64,000 nucleotides of DNA from a virus: the IMG/VR virus record IMGVR_UViG_3300027327_000001. One strand, given 5' to 3'. A program made the position numbers and the translations under genes. This document shows, piece by piece, positions 32,857 through 40,421 of this stretch (the stretch's first letter is position 1; each line of letters starts with the position of its first letter). Under the pieces are notes generated by a model. It did not search any database. It had not been told where the DNA came from and saw only the letters and a program-made list of their open reading frames with translations.

Positions 32857-33327
32857 ATGAAAATCCGTCCCTGCACGATACGTGCGGCCAGAATATACAT
32901 CGCCGAAAATCACCGGCACAACGCAGCGCCCAACGGGGCGCTGTTTGCTGTCGGACTCGAGCGCGACAACGGGGAACTGGCCGGCGTGGGGCTTTGCGCC
33001 CGACCGGTCGCCAGGATGCTCGCAGACGGCTTCACGTGCGAGATAACGCGCCTTTGCACGGACGGAACGCCTAACGCCTGCTCAATGATTTACGGCGCGC
33101 TGTGCCGCGCTGCAAAAGCCCTGGGATACAAGCGGGTTGTCACCTACACGTTGCAGAGCGAGCCTGGCTCGTCGCTGAGAGCGGCCAACTTCAAGATAGC
33201 GGCCGAAGTCCGCTACAAGAGTTGGAACACGCCTAGCCGCCCGCGAGAGATAGTGGAGGTTGACTTGCTCGGCGAGCGCCGTAAGTATTCGACAGAACCG
33301 AAAATCAGATGGGAAAGGAATTTCTAA
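32857..33327 (+). CDS. GNAT-fold-like protein (XF1762-like family), putative acyltransferase
   Basis: …AENHRHNAAPNGALFAVGLE…LAGVGLCARPVARMLADGFTCEITRLCTDGTPNACSMIYGALCRAAKALGYKRVVTYTL..EPGSSLRAANF. This pattern is recalled from prophage proteins next to MTases. Confidence 0.45.
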   Translation: MKIRPCTIRAARIYIAENHRHNAAPNGALFAVGLERDNGELAGVGLCARPVARMLADGFTCEITRLCTDGTPNACSMIYGALCRAAKALGYKRVVTYTLQSEPGSSLRAANFKIAAEVRYKSWNTPSRPREIVEVDLLGERRKYSTEPKIRWERNF

Positions 33328-33542
33328 TGACGGCGCAATTGAAAAAGATGAAGATGCATCATCTTCCGAACGGCGAGCTTTACTACACGAATGACGACGT
33401 GAATGCGGCCGTCGATGCCAGATACCAGGATGTTGTTCACCTGGACCCGGATTTCGAGCCGCCAAGCCCTGTCATCGAGCGCCTCAACCTTCCCGTCAAA
33501 TCTCGGAGTGAGATCATCTTGATGATGAACCCTGGTAAATAA
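33327..33542 (+). CDS. hypothetical small protein
   Basis: The ATG at 33327 overlaps the upstream TAA (TAATG). MTAQLKKMKMHHLPNGELYY… 71 aa. Confidence 0.5.
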   Translation: MTAQLKKMKMHHLPNGELYYTNDDVNAAVDARYQDVVHLDPDFEPPSPVIERLNLPVKSRSEIILMMNPGK

Positions 33543-33546
33543 AAGA

Positions 33547-33571
33547 AACGGGAGCGCATTGCGCTCCCGTT
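33547..33571. terminator. intrinsic terminator between convergent operons
   Basis: A perfect 11-bp stem, aacgggagcgc-att-gcgctcccgtt. On the minus strand it is followed by tcttttattt. Confidence 0.7.
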
Positions 33572-33604
33572 CAGGCTAGTCCCTGCAAGATGACTGCAGA
33601 TTAT

Positions 33605-33650
33605 CAGACAAACCACGAACTGTAAAACGATACTGCCGCCGTGCAACACC
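33605..33650 (-). pseudogene. orphan duplicate of the 3' end of gene 33713..34171 (remnant of a fourth paralog)
   Basis: 45 of 46 nt are identical to 33717-33762. In frame it reads …SLWCCTAAVSFYSSWFV* but has no start and an upstream in-frame stop. Confidence 0.65.
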
Positions 33651-33712
33651 ATAAAGAAATGGGCGCCGACTTGCGGCGCCCACATCAGAATCGGTGGCAT
33701 CATCGGTAGAGA

Positions 33713-34171
33713 CTACCAGACAAACCACGAACTGTAAAACGATACTGCCGCCGTGCAGCACCATGATGCGACAGACCACATTCGCCAATGCGTAGCAGAT
33801 TTTTGCGCGTAATGAACCTGGTTCTCCGCTATCTCGACTTTGGTTTTAAGTAATTCGTCTCTTTGCTCGACACTGTGATCCAGACGATTGTATTTCTTTT
33901 GCAGCTCGTCGAAGGCTTTTTTCAGCTTGGCGTTTTCGGCACACGCTGCACTTAGCTTTGCTGACAATTCGGTGGAAAACTCCTCTTCCACACGATTTAG
34001 CAGCGCCTCCGCATCGGTGACGCGTTCGTAACCCTTGATGCTGGTAAAGATGATCGACTCCGCATCTTCTAAAACATCTACGATGCGGGCGCGCCACAAC
34101 TCGTTCTTGTCTTCGAACACTTCCGTTCGAATCTCACACGTTTCATGGATGATGTGGGTTTCTTTGAACAT
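33713..34171 (-). CDS. tail-anchored coiled-coil protein, paralog C
   Basis: 152 aa. The N-terminal domain is …EIRTEVFEDKNELWRARIVDVLEDAESIIFTSIKGY…, followed by a coiled coil and the C-terminal TM segment WSVASWCCTAAVSFYSSWFVW. Confidence 0.65.
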   Translation of the reverse strand: MFKETHIIHETCEIRTEVFEDKNELWRARIVDVLEDAESIIFTSIKGYERVTDAEALLNRVEEEFSTELSAKLSAACAENAKLKKAFDELQKKYNRLDHSVEQRDELLKTKVEIAENQVHYAQKSATHWRMWSVASWCCTAAVSFYSSWFVW

Positions 34172-34226
34172 GATTCTTTCCTTTGTTCAGTCTTTAATTC
34201 AAGCGGTCGCCGCGGCTATGGCAGGT

Positions 34227-34730
34227 TCAGATAAACAAGCAAAAGCCGAGTAAGATCGCCGCTACGCACCATCCGGTGATCGCCCAACCTTGGCAGTTGG
34301 CCGCATAGTCAAGGTTGGCTTGGCGCTTTCGCTCAAGGTATACAACCCGCGACTCATATTCTCTGATAGTGGCTTCAAGAATGCGGACAGTTTTTGCCGA
34401 GACATCGTATCTAGTCCCGACTTCTTTTAAGGCAGTCTGTGATTTGCGGTAATCGCGTTTAACGATGTCGTATTCCCGCGTCAGTTTGAGCAATTTGTCA
34501 TTCGTTTTCACGAGACAGGATTCGATGTCGTGAGTCATTTCGTCCTGCACTCGATGAATATCCCCAATCGCACTGTCCTTAAAATCGTAGTCCTTGCTGC
34601 CAGTAAAGATAATTGATTCTTCGCCTTCGCAAATCGACAGGATTCGGCCCCGAAATAAATCATTTTCGTCTTTGAAAATTTCCATTCGAAGACCGTCCCT
34701 TTCGGTGATCGTCTCGGTTTTCTCGCTCAT
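34227..34730 (-). CDS. tail-anchored coiled-coil protein, paralog B
   Basis: ATG at 34730 (MSEKTETITERDGLRMEIFKDENDLFRGRILSICEGEESIIFTGSKDY…) follows AAGGAA. The C-terminal TM segment is WAITGWCVAAILLGFCLFI. Confidence 0.65.
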   Translation of the reverse strand: MSEKTETITERDGLRMEIFKDENDLFRGRILSICEGEESIIFTGSKDYDFKDSAIGDIHRVQDEMTHDIESCLVKTNDKLLKLTREYDIVKRDYRKSQTALKEVGTRYDVSAKTVRILEATIREYESRVVYLERKRQANLDYAANCQGWAITGWCVAAILLGFCLFI

Positions 34731-34800
34731 GATAATTTCCTTATTTGAACTGGATGCTGACTCGGTCGACCGAGTCAGCAATTGAGGCGCTGCCGGCGTT

Positions 34801-35337
34801 CTAGTATACGTAGGGGATTGCCGCGACGGCCGAGACGACGATGCAGTAGGCGATGAAGATGCAGCCGATGATGCGATGCTTTTTCTCGGCTGCTTCCGTC
34901 CGCTTCTTCTCTCGGTCGTAGCGCTTTCGGCTGCCGACAATGATCGCGTCCTTCTCCTCGCACTCGAGCGTCAGGAATCTCGCATCTTTTTCCAGCCCGC
35001 CGATTTCGTTGTTCAGCAATTCGATTTTTGCATCCCGTTTTCCGATTTCTTTCAGCTGATCCACAATCACATTCTTTTGACCGAAAATCGTCATTTCCGC
35101 GTCTCGGCGCGCTTCTTTTTGGACAAAGAGAGCCTCGTCTATCGCGCCGTTGGGAAGCGGGTGCCCCTTTGTGCCGGTGAAGATAATCTTTTCGCAAGGA
35201 ACAATCGTATCGTCGACCACTTTGCTTCCGGACATTTCGACAAAGCGGCTTCGGAAATTCCCCGCCTTGTCTTCGAACCATTCCGCGCAAAGTAAGTCCG
35301 TTCCGAATATGCGTCGGTGCTGATGATCATTGGTCAT
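34801..35337 (-). CDS. tail-anchored coiled-coil protein, paralog A
   Basis: ATG at 35337 (MTNDHQHRRIFGTDLLCAEWFEDKAGNFRSRFVEM…EKIIFTGTKGH…) follows AAGGAGA. The C-terminal TM segment is IIGCIFIAYCIVVSAVAAIPYVY. Confidence 0.65.
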   Translation of the reverse strand: MTNDHQHRRIFGTDLLCAEWFEDKAGNFRSRFVEMSGSKVVDDTIVPCEKIIFTGTKGHPLPNGAIDEALFVQKEARRDAEMTIFGQKNVIVDQLKEIGKRDAKIELLNNEIGGLEKDARFLTLECEEKDAIIVGSRKRYDREKKRTEAAEKKHRIIGCIFIAYCIVVSAVAAIPYVY

Positions 35338-35448
35338 GTTGCTGTCTCCTTGAATCGGCATTAGGCTTGTCCCTTTCGTTCGGTATCTCGTCAGATGCGG
35401 CTACCAACGCCGCATGAGGGCGGGAAGGCGTTCGCCTTCCCGTTAAGA

Positions 35449-36192
35449 TCATTTCTTGGCTTCTGTTCGTAGCCGCCAGTATTCAATATCGAGCGTGTTT
35501 ATGCGAACGAACTTCGGGTCGTCGGTATGGTTCAAGTGTTCGAACGCCTTCACAAGCTCAATGATACCGGGGTCATCCAAAAATTCACGGTGGATACCGT
35601 AGAACGTTTCTTTTCTCGCTTCATCGATAACAAGTGCCGTGCCGTCACTCCACTCGTAGCGGAGCATCGACGCAATTTCAATTGACGTATTTTGTCTTGC
35701 GATTGCTTGTATTAACGATACCGAGTATGTCAGAGACATATTTTTGTCGTATGCCTGGCAAAATCCATAAGCCATTCCCTTCTCGGAATCCGCAAGCAAC
35801 TGATCAATATCGGATTCCTTCTCTAAATGAGCAACACTCGGCAGGAAGTCCGTCGCCCACAGAAACTCCGGGTTTTGGCTGGTGAAGCGCCTGATCGCTT
35901 TCTGAAACTCTGGATTCTCCAAGTCCTTTGCGTGGAAGCTCCAACCCCATTTAAACATCTTTCCTGACGCTACCACCGCGGAACCGTCGGGCCATTGGAA
36001 GCGCACCCGTTCGCTGCCGATCTCATACTTCTTAATGGAACAGTCTGCGTGTCGTATCCATTCGAAGTCATGCTCGCTGAGTGATTTGGATCCGCAATAT
36101 CTCGGACCCTGCCCATTTCCCGCATTCGTAATCGCGTCCATGACCGTCTCGTATCGCTTGCCGATTGTTCGTCTCATAATTTCCATATTCAT
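35449..36192 (-). CDS. hypothetical protein with two RFxWxDGS-type repeats
   Basis: 247 aa, with VRFQWPDGSAVVASGKMFKWGWSFHAKDLENPEFQKAIRRF and LRYEWSDGTALVIDEARKETFYGIHREFLDDPGIIELVKAF. Confidence 0.6.
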   Translation of the reverse strand: MNMEIMRRTIGKRYETVMDAITNAGNGQGPRYCGSKSLSEHDFEWIRHADCSIKKYEIGSERVRFQWPDGSAVVASGKMFKWGWSFHAKDLENPEFQKAIRRFTSQNPEFLWATDFLPSVAHLEKESDIDQLLADSEKGMAYGFCQAYDKNMSLTYSVSLIQAIARQNTSIEIASMLRYEWSDGTALVIDEARKETFYGIHREFLDDPGIIELVKAFEHLNHTDDPKFVRINTLDIEYWRLRTEAKK

Positions 36193-36395
36193 AATTTTTC
36201 CATTTCCTTGATGTAGTCAACGAGCAGACGAATGTCGCACCGAATGCCCGCTATATCCCTCGCGAACCATCCAAGCTCGACATACGTCCTCTTGCGATAA
36301 AGAACTGTGCGAGCGACGGAGATCCTCATATCCCTGTCAGAGATATTGTTGATTCTCGCCGACGCTCGCCAGTCTCTGAGGGCAATATCCCTCAC
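36189..36395 (-). CDS. hypothetical small protein
   Basis: ORF track, 68 aa, tightly packed between its neighbours. Confidence 0.5.
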   Translation of the reverse strand: MRDIALRDWRASARINNISDRDMRISVARTVLYRKRTYVELGWFARDIAGIRCDIRLLVDYIKEMEKL

Positions 36396-36396
36396 G

Positions 36397-37047
36397 CTAT
36401 CTGCCGACTTCGAGAGCCATAGGATCCTGTCTGCGGAAGGCGTTTGCGACGACGCTTGGGAACACGTGCGCCGGGTCGAATCCCCTGACTCCCTGCGTGC
36501 TGTCGATGGCGCGAAGAACGCCGCGGTTGTTGAAGTCCTGTCTCTGAAACCCGAACTCGAATCGATGCTCGGAAAAGAGCAGTCCGGAACCGTCCGGCCA
36601 ATCGTAGCGATGCGACCTGAAGGTCGACGACACGATGATGTTGAGCGACCCGAACATACTGTCGTATTCGTCGCCGGCGTAGAGCCATCGCCACCCTTTC
36701 ACGTCCCTCTTGTTCTGATTGTAGTAATTATAGGCCATGCCGGTCGTGGACTTCTTGACCGCTTTCTGCAGCAGTTGCTGGCATCGGTCGATCTCGTCGC
36801 GGCTCATCAAGCGCTCTTTGATGCCGATCATGAAGTTGTCCAGGGAACGCAAGTCAGCCTCCATTAAATCAAGCTCGTGACGAACCGCCTTATCGTTCAC
36901 AAGGTTACGGTTTTGAGCCGTCTCCTTCATGTGCGTCACCTTGTCGTAAAGGACGCTGTTGGCGAGAGAAAGCTTGGCGTAGTCGTCGGAAATAGCGTTG
37001 ATGAATTGCGCGATCACGGGATCGTTAAGCTGTAGATGATCGGTCAT
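36397..37047 (-). CDS. hypothetical protein with one RFxWxDGS-type domain
   Basis: ATG at 37047 (MTDHLQLND…) follows a GGAGA SD. …HRYDWPDGSGLLFSEHRFEFGFQRQDFNNRGVLRAI…. Confidence 0.6.
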   Translation of the reverse strand: MTDHLQLNDPVIAQFINAISDDYAKLSLANSVLYDKVTHMKETAQNRNLVNDKAVRHELDLMEADLRSLDNFMIGIKERLMSRDEIDRCQQLLQKAVKKSTTGMAYNYYNQNKRDVKGWRWLYAGDEYDSMFGSLNIIVSSTFRSHRYDWPDGSGLLFSEHRFEFGFQRQDFNNRGVLRAIDSTQGVRGFDPAHVFPSVVANAFRRQDPMALEVGR

Positions 37048-37119
37048 TGTAGTCTCCGGTAATGGGTCGCGGGGCTGCGCAGCCGTCAACTTTACGCAGC
37101 CCCGCCCTAAGGTTTCCAG

Positions 37120-37149
37120 AGTCTACCACATAAGGAATTGGGATTACAA
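37120..37149 (-). promoter_or_regulatory. candidate sigma70-like promoter
   Basis: On the minus strand: TTGTAA (37149-37144), 18 nt, then TAGACT (37125-37120). A 9-bp-stem hairpin (ggggctgcg…cgcagcccc) follows in the leader. Confidence 0.35.
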
Positions 37150-37184
37150 GCGTTAATTTCGCCTAATTGAAATTAATTATCACG

Positions 37185-37481
37185 CTAGTCGATAACGTGT
37201 GTGTCGACGTGCTTTACGCCGTGATCAGGATTCTTCGAGCATTCAGGGCAGAACAGAAAACGGTATCCCAGATCTCCAAACGCCGCAATGTAAACCAATT
37301 GCTCCGTCCAACCGTGCTTTTTGAGATATTCGCCGTGGTCATCGTCGGTTAACTTGTATGCTTTACACCCCTGGCACTTCATCACGAACCGTTCTCGGCT
37401 CTTTTCTTTAGCTGTTTTGCCCCCGACGATTACGCGTTGGAATCTATTGTGCGTGATGAAGCGAACCGGAGAATCGCTCAT
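37185..37481 (-). CDS. zinc-ribbon-like small protein
   Basis: 98 aa, with CQGC…CPEC. Confidence 0.55.
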   Translation of the reverse strand: MSDSPVRFITHNRFQRVIVGGKTAKEKSRERFVMKCQGCKAYKLTDDDHGEYLKKHGWTEQLVYIAAFGDLGYRFLFCPECSKNPDHGVKHVDTHVID

Positions 37482-37774
37482 TGACTGCCTTTAGGAGGCT
37501 CGGCATCCCAAGTCCGATCCCAGATACCGAGTTTGTCATGGGCGCAATGCGCGTAGGCTTTCACTCGCTTGTAAGCGATTTGCAAACGGGTAACTTCGGA
37601 TGGCTCGCCTTCATCGACGAACTTGCATTCAAGCGCCGGCTTCTGCGCCGGCCACTTCTGCGTAGTTGGAGCGACGGGCGCCGACAGTTCGGGAACCTTG
37701 GGAGCGCCGCACGATGAGATCCCCGCAATGATGAGCAGGCAGAGAATAACCAAAAATGTATATTTCATTTCCAT
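37478..37774 (-). CDS. o-spanin (outer-membrane lipoprotein spanin subunit)
   Basis: The signal peptide plus lipobox is LLIIAGISSC. The mature part is Pro-rich. It lies immediately downstream of the i-spanin and endolysin. Confidence 0.7.
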   Translation of the reverse strand: MEMKYTFLVILCLLIIAGISSCGAPKVPELSAPVAPTTQKWPAQKPALECKFVDEGEPSEVTRLQIAYKRVKAYAHCAHDKLGIWDRTWDAEPPKGSQ

Positions 37775-38058
37775 TGCACCTTACATCCTGGCACGCACAG
37801 CGTTTCGGAAGCTCCGGGTTCGGCCTTCGGTATGGCCTCAATCTCGGCTTCCAGTTGCACGATGCGTTCCTTGTCGCGATCGCGGGCGAGCCGGCTTTCT
37901 TCTATCACCTGCTCGGAGCTCGCCTTCTGCGCCGCGTGCGCGATGACAAGCCGCCCTGCTTCGATGCGCGAAACCGCGCCCTTGTCTATGTAGTAGACAA
38001 AGAATCCGAGAAACAGCGGCACGACGACGAACGCCAGCGGTAGCATGAAGCGGGTCAT
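37765..38058 (-). CDS. i-spanin (inner-membrane spanin subunit)
   Basis: The N-terminal TM segment is LPLAFVVVPLFLGFFVYYI, followed by a charged coiled coil. It overlaps the o-spanin start by 10 nt. Confidence 0.7.
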   Translation of the reverse strand: MTRFMLPLAFVVVPLFLGFFVYYIDKGAVSRIEAGRLVIAHAAQKASSEQVIEESRLARDRDKERIVQLEAEIEAIPKAEPGASETLCVPGCKVQWK

Positions 38059-38678
38059 ATCCCTAAAATCACTTCGTTGTAGTGGCGGGTTTCTTCCGGA
38101 ATTACCGGCTTCGCGCCCTTGTAGAGAATCCAGCCGTGAAGCTCTTGGTTGTCGAGCGCGTTCTTCGGGCCGAAGTTGTAGCAGATGTATCCGAGCGCGG
38201 CTATGTCGTCTTCCGTCCGCCCGCCGAGATCAGGTGTCCAGAAGTCCCGACACCACTTCACGTATCGGACCTGTCCGAAAATGGCTTCACGGCAGTCCCA
38301 GGGATCAATGTTCAAGTCGCCCGCGGTTCCCGGAAGAAACTGCGCCACTCCGATTGCTCCCGAAGACTTGTTGTAAGCGTCGCAGCGCCAGGACGATTCC
38401 TGCCGGCCCTGCTTGGCGTTCTCGCACTCGGTTCCGCCGCCCGGATGCCGGCGAACGGCGGCGGCGTAATGCTCGGCAAGATGGCGAGGGGGCTGCGCTT
38501 CGCAGTCCGGGTCGAAGAAAGTTGGCTTGTCCGTCTTGGCGGTCGCCAGGACGGGCGCGGAAAGGCTTGGAGCGCTCACGCTAGGCTTGTCGAACGCCGT
38601 TCCGATTTTAGCTTGCGGAAGCTCAACCAGTTCGGCGCAGAACAGCCCGAACCAGGCGCAAGCGACCTTCAGAAACAT
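38055..38678 (-). CDS. endolysin, lytic transglycosylase (SLT domain) with an N-terminal signal or SAR-like segment
   Basis: …ECENAKQGRQESSWRCDAYNKSSGAIGVAQFLPGTA… matches E..ES…A.S..GA.G..Q…TA. The N-terminus MFLKVACAWFGLFCA is hydrophobic. Confidence 0.75.
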   Translation of the reverse strand: MFLKVACAWFGLFCAELVELPQAKIGTAFDKPSVSAPSLSAPVLATAKTDKPTFFDPDCEAQPPRHLAEHYAAAVRRHPGGGTECENAKQGRQESSWRCDAYNKSSGAIGVAQFLPGTAGDLNIDPWDCREAIFGQVRYVKWCRDFWTPDLGGRTEDDIAALGYICYNFGPKNALDNQELHGWILYKGAKPVIPEETRHYNEVILGI

Positions 38679-38679
38679 C

Positions 38680-39078
38680 TTAGCCGCTATACATGCTGAA
38701 GAAAGCGTAGATGATCACGGCGTAGTAGATCGTCGAGCTTCCGTATTGCGTTCCGATAGACGTGTTGTCGCCGGGCTTCTCGCCATCGGTTCCATGCCGT
38801 TCACGGATTACCGACATTTCCGAGCCTGCCGAGTAGACATCGAGCTTCTTGATGCCGCGCAGGAAGTGCATCAGCAATCCGGCGAGGAAAGCCATGATGA
38901 TGACCATCGCAAGCTGCGCTGAGAACGTGATCGACTCCTGGAAGAATTTGAAAATCTTCGTCTCGTCGCCGTAGTAGTAAAGCGCAGTCAAGTAGCCGCC
39001 GACCAAGACCAGGAAAATTAGGAACGTTAGGCGATCACCTACCTTAATTGACGGAATCGTAATTTGAGTCATGCTCAA
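38680..39078 (-). CDS. membrane protein, holin candidate (about three TM)
   Basis: 132 aa, with LTFLIFLVLVGGYLTALYYY, LAMVIIMAFLAGLLMHF and the C-terminal IYYAVIIYAFFSMY. It lies directly upstream of the endolysin. Confidence 0.5.
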   Translation of the reverse strand: MSMTQITIPSIKVGDRLTFLIFLVLVGGYLTALYYYGDETKIFKFFQESITFSAQLAMVIIMAFLAGLLMHFLRGIKKLDVYSAGSEMSVIRERHGTDGEKPGDNTSIGTQYGSSTIYYAVIIYAFFSMYSG

Positions 39079-39419
39079 TCCTTCCTTCTGACAGCGGCCT
39101 TTATTTCCTGTAGATCTGATGCAATACTATTAATATTGAGAGCTTTCAAGTCAGATTTTATTTCGTCGACCTCTTTCTGAATGTGCTCAGACCGCTCGTC
39201 GAACACGGCAAATTTCTCGCTGCCGGCACTGAACAGCGCCATGTTCTGCTTGTCTCGCTCCACGCACTCCTTCTCGTGGCGGCCAATGCGCCTGAAGATT
39301 ATTAGAACGAGAGCGAAGCCGGCAAATTGCATCAGGAGAATGATCATCTCCATAAATGCGAGGCCTTCCATCGTTCCGGTGGACCAATCTAGAAGGCGGT
39401 TGAAAACTGGCTCGACCAT
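39075..39419 (-). CDS. single-TM coiled-coil membrane protein (holin or antiholin candidate)
   Basis: 114 aa, with the TM segment MEMIILLMQFAGFALVLIIF followed by a charged helix. Confidence 0.45.
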   Translation of the reverse strand: MVEPVFNRLLDWSTGTMEGLAFMEMIILLMQFAGFALVLIIFRRIGRHEKECVERDKQNMALFSAGSEKFAVFDERSEHIQKEVDEIKSDLKALNINSIASDLQEIKAAVRRKD

Positions 39420-39440
39420 GAGCTTACTCCAATCTCTCCG

Positions 39441-39734
39441 TTACGCTGCGAGTATCATTGCGATGGATTTTACGACGATGAAGATGAGCGCGAAAATCCC
39501 GAAGCCCACCATAAAATCCATCACATCGAGGCCTGCCGAGTCCTTCTTGCGGATCACGCTAAGCCCTTGATAGGCTATGTAGAGGACCGCCCAGAGAACG
39601 CCGGCGACAATGTATTCCGTTCCTAGCCCGCCTAGGATCGCGTAGCCCGCGGCGAAGCCCTGCCAGTGATGGCCGAGCGCTTCCATCGGATAGAGGCGCC
39701 AGCCGTCGATGTAAGTCTTTCGCTGTTCTTTCAT
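39441..39734 (-). CDS. membrane protein (about three TM), holin candidate
   Basis: 97 aa, with GFAAGYAILGGLG, IVAGVLWAVLYIAYQGL and MVGFGIFALIFIVVKSIAMILAA. Confidence 0.45.
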   Translation of the reverse strand: MKEQRKTYIDGWRLYPMEALGHHWQGFAAGYAILGGLGTEYIVAGVLWAVLYIAYQGLSVIRKKDSAGLDVMDFMVGFGIFALIFIVVKSIAMILAA

Positions 39735-39952
39735 GATTTATCCGGCATCATTTGCCCGCAGTGCGGGCATTGCTCGACGGGAGTTTCGTCTTCTTCAGAC
39801 GGGAAAATCCCGTGCTCCTTGAAGTAGCCAAGCGCGCTGATAGCCTCCTGTTTGGTAGGCCACTTCGCGCCTTCCCGCCGCTCTCCGGACTCGAGCGTCA
39901 CGACTGGTTGGAACCAGCCGCGACACCGATTTGTTTTGACCGAGAATCTCAC
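39731..39952 (-). CDS. small protein with an AP2-like segment and a C-terminal CxxC
   Basis: The preferred GTG start at 39952 overlaps the upstream TGA (GTGA). …GAKWPTKQEAISALGYFKEHG…CPHCG. Confidence 0.45.
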   Translation of the reverse strand: MRFSVKTNRCRGWFQPVVTLESGERREGAKWPTKQEAISALGYFKEHGIFPSEEDETPVEQCPHCGQMMPDKS

Positions 39953-40299
39953 TGTCTGTGAGCGCGATCGTTCACGCCTTCGACCCAAAGCTCAATTTCT
40001 TTGGAGTCGTGGTCGCCGTCGAGAACCTTGCACGTGAGGGCGAAAAAGCCGTCGAAAGCGTAGATGCTGGCGACTTGAATATGTTCTTCGCCCAACTTGA
40101 ACACGGCTGGGAACCAGCGACGATGAGAAGTCGCGGGCTTCGTCTTGTCCGTGCAGTCGCGCCCGACGATTGAAGCGTCGAGAGTCTTTTTCATTTCCGT
40201 TACGACCGGCAGGCCGTCAATCGCATCCTTGGGTATGTTTCTAACCGTGAGGAAAAAGAACTTGTCTCCGTCCTCCCCCTCGTATTTCAATCTGCTCAT
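39949..40299 (-). CDS. hypothetical protein
   Basis: ORF track, 116 aa. An AAGGAGA SD lies upstream. Confidence 0.55.
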   Translation of the reverse strand: MSRLKYEGEDGDKFFFLTVRNIPKDAIDGLPVVTEMKKTLDASIVGRDCTDKTKPATSHRRWFPAVFKLGEEHIQVASIYAFDGFFALTCKVLDGDHDSKEIELWVEGVNDRAHRQ

Positions 40300-40421
40300 T
40301 CAGTTCTCCTTTCTTTAATGCGGCACACGCGCCGCCCTGAATTCACGCCGGCATCGGAATGAAGTATGCCGGCTCCTGCTCCCACTCTACTTTGTAGTAG
40401 TTGGAGTCACAGTCATATTCC

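Noticed and set aside
40300-40421. A possible small gene or tRNA in the gap between the tail fibre gene and 39949-40299.
   Set aside because: Only one 8-bp hairpin (gccggcat…atgccggc) and an SD for the downstream gene are present. There is no cloverleaf and no ORF with a start codon.
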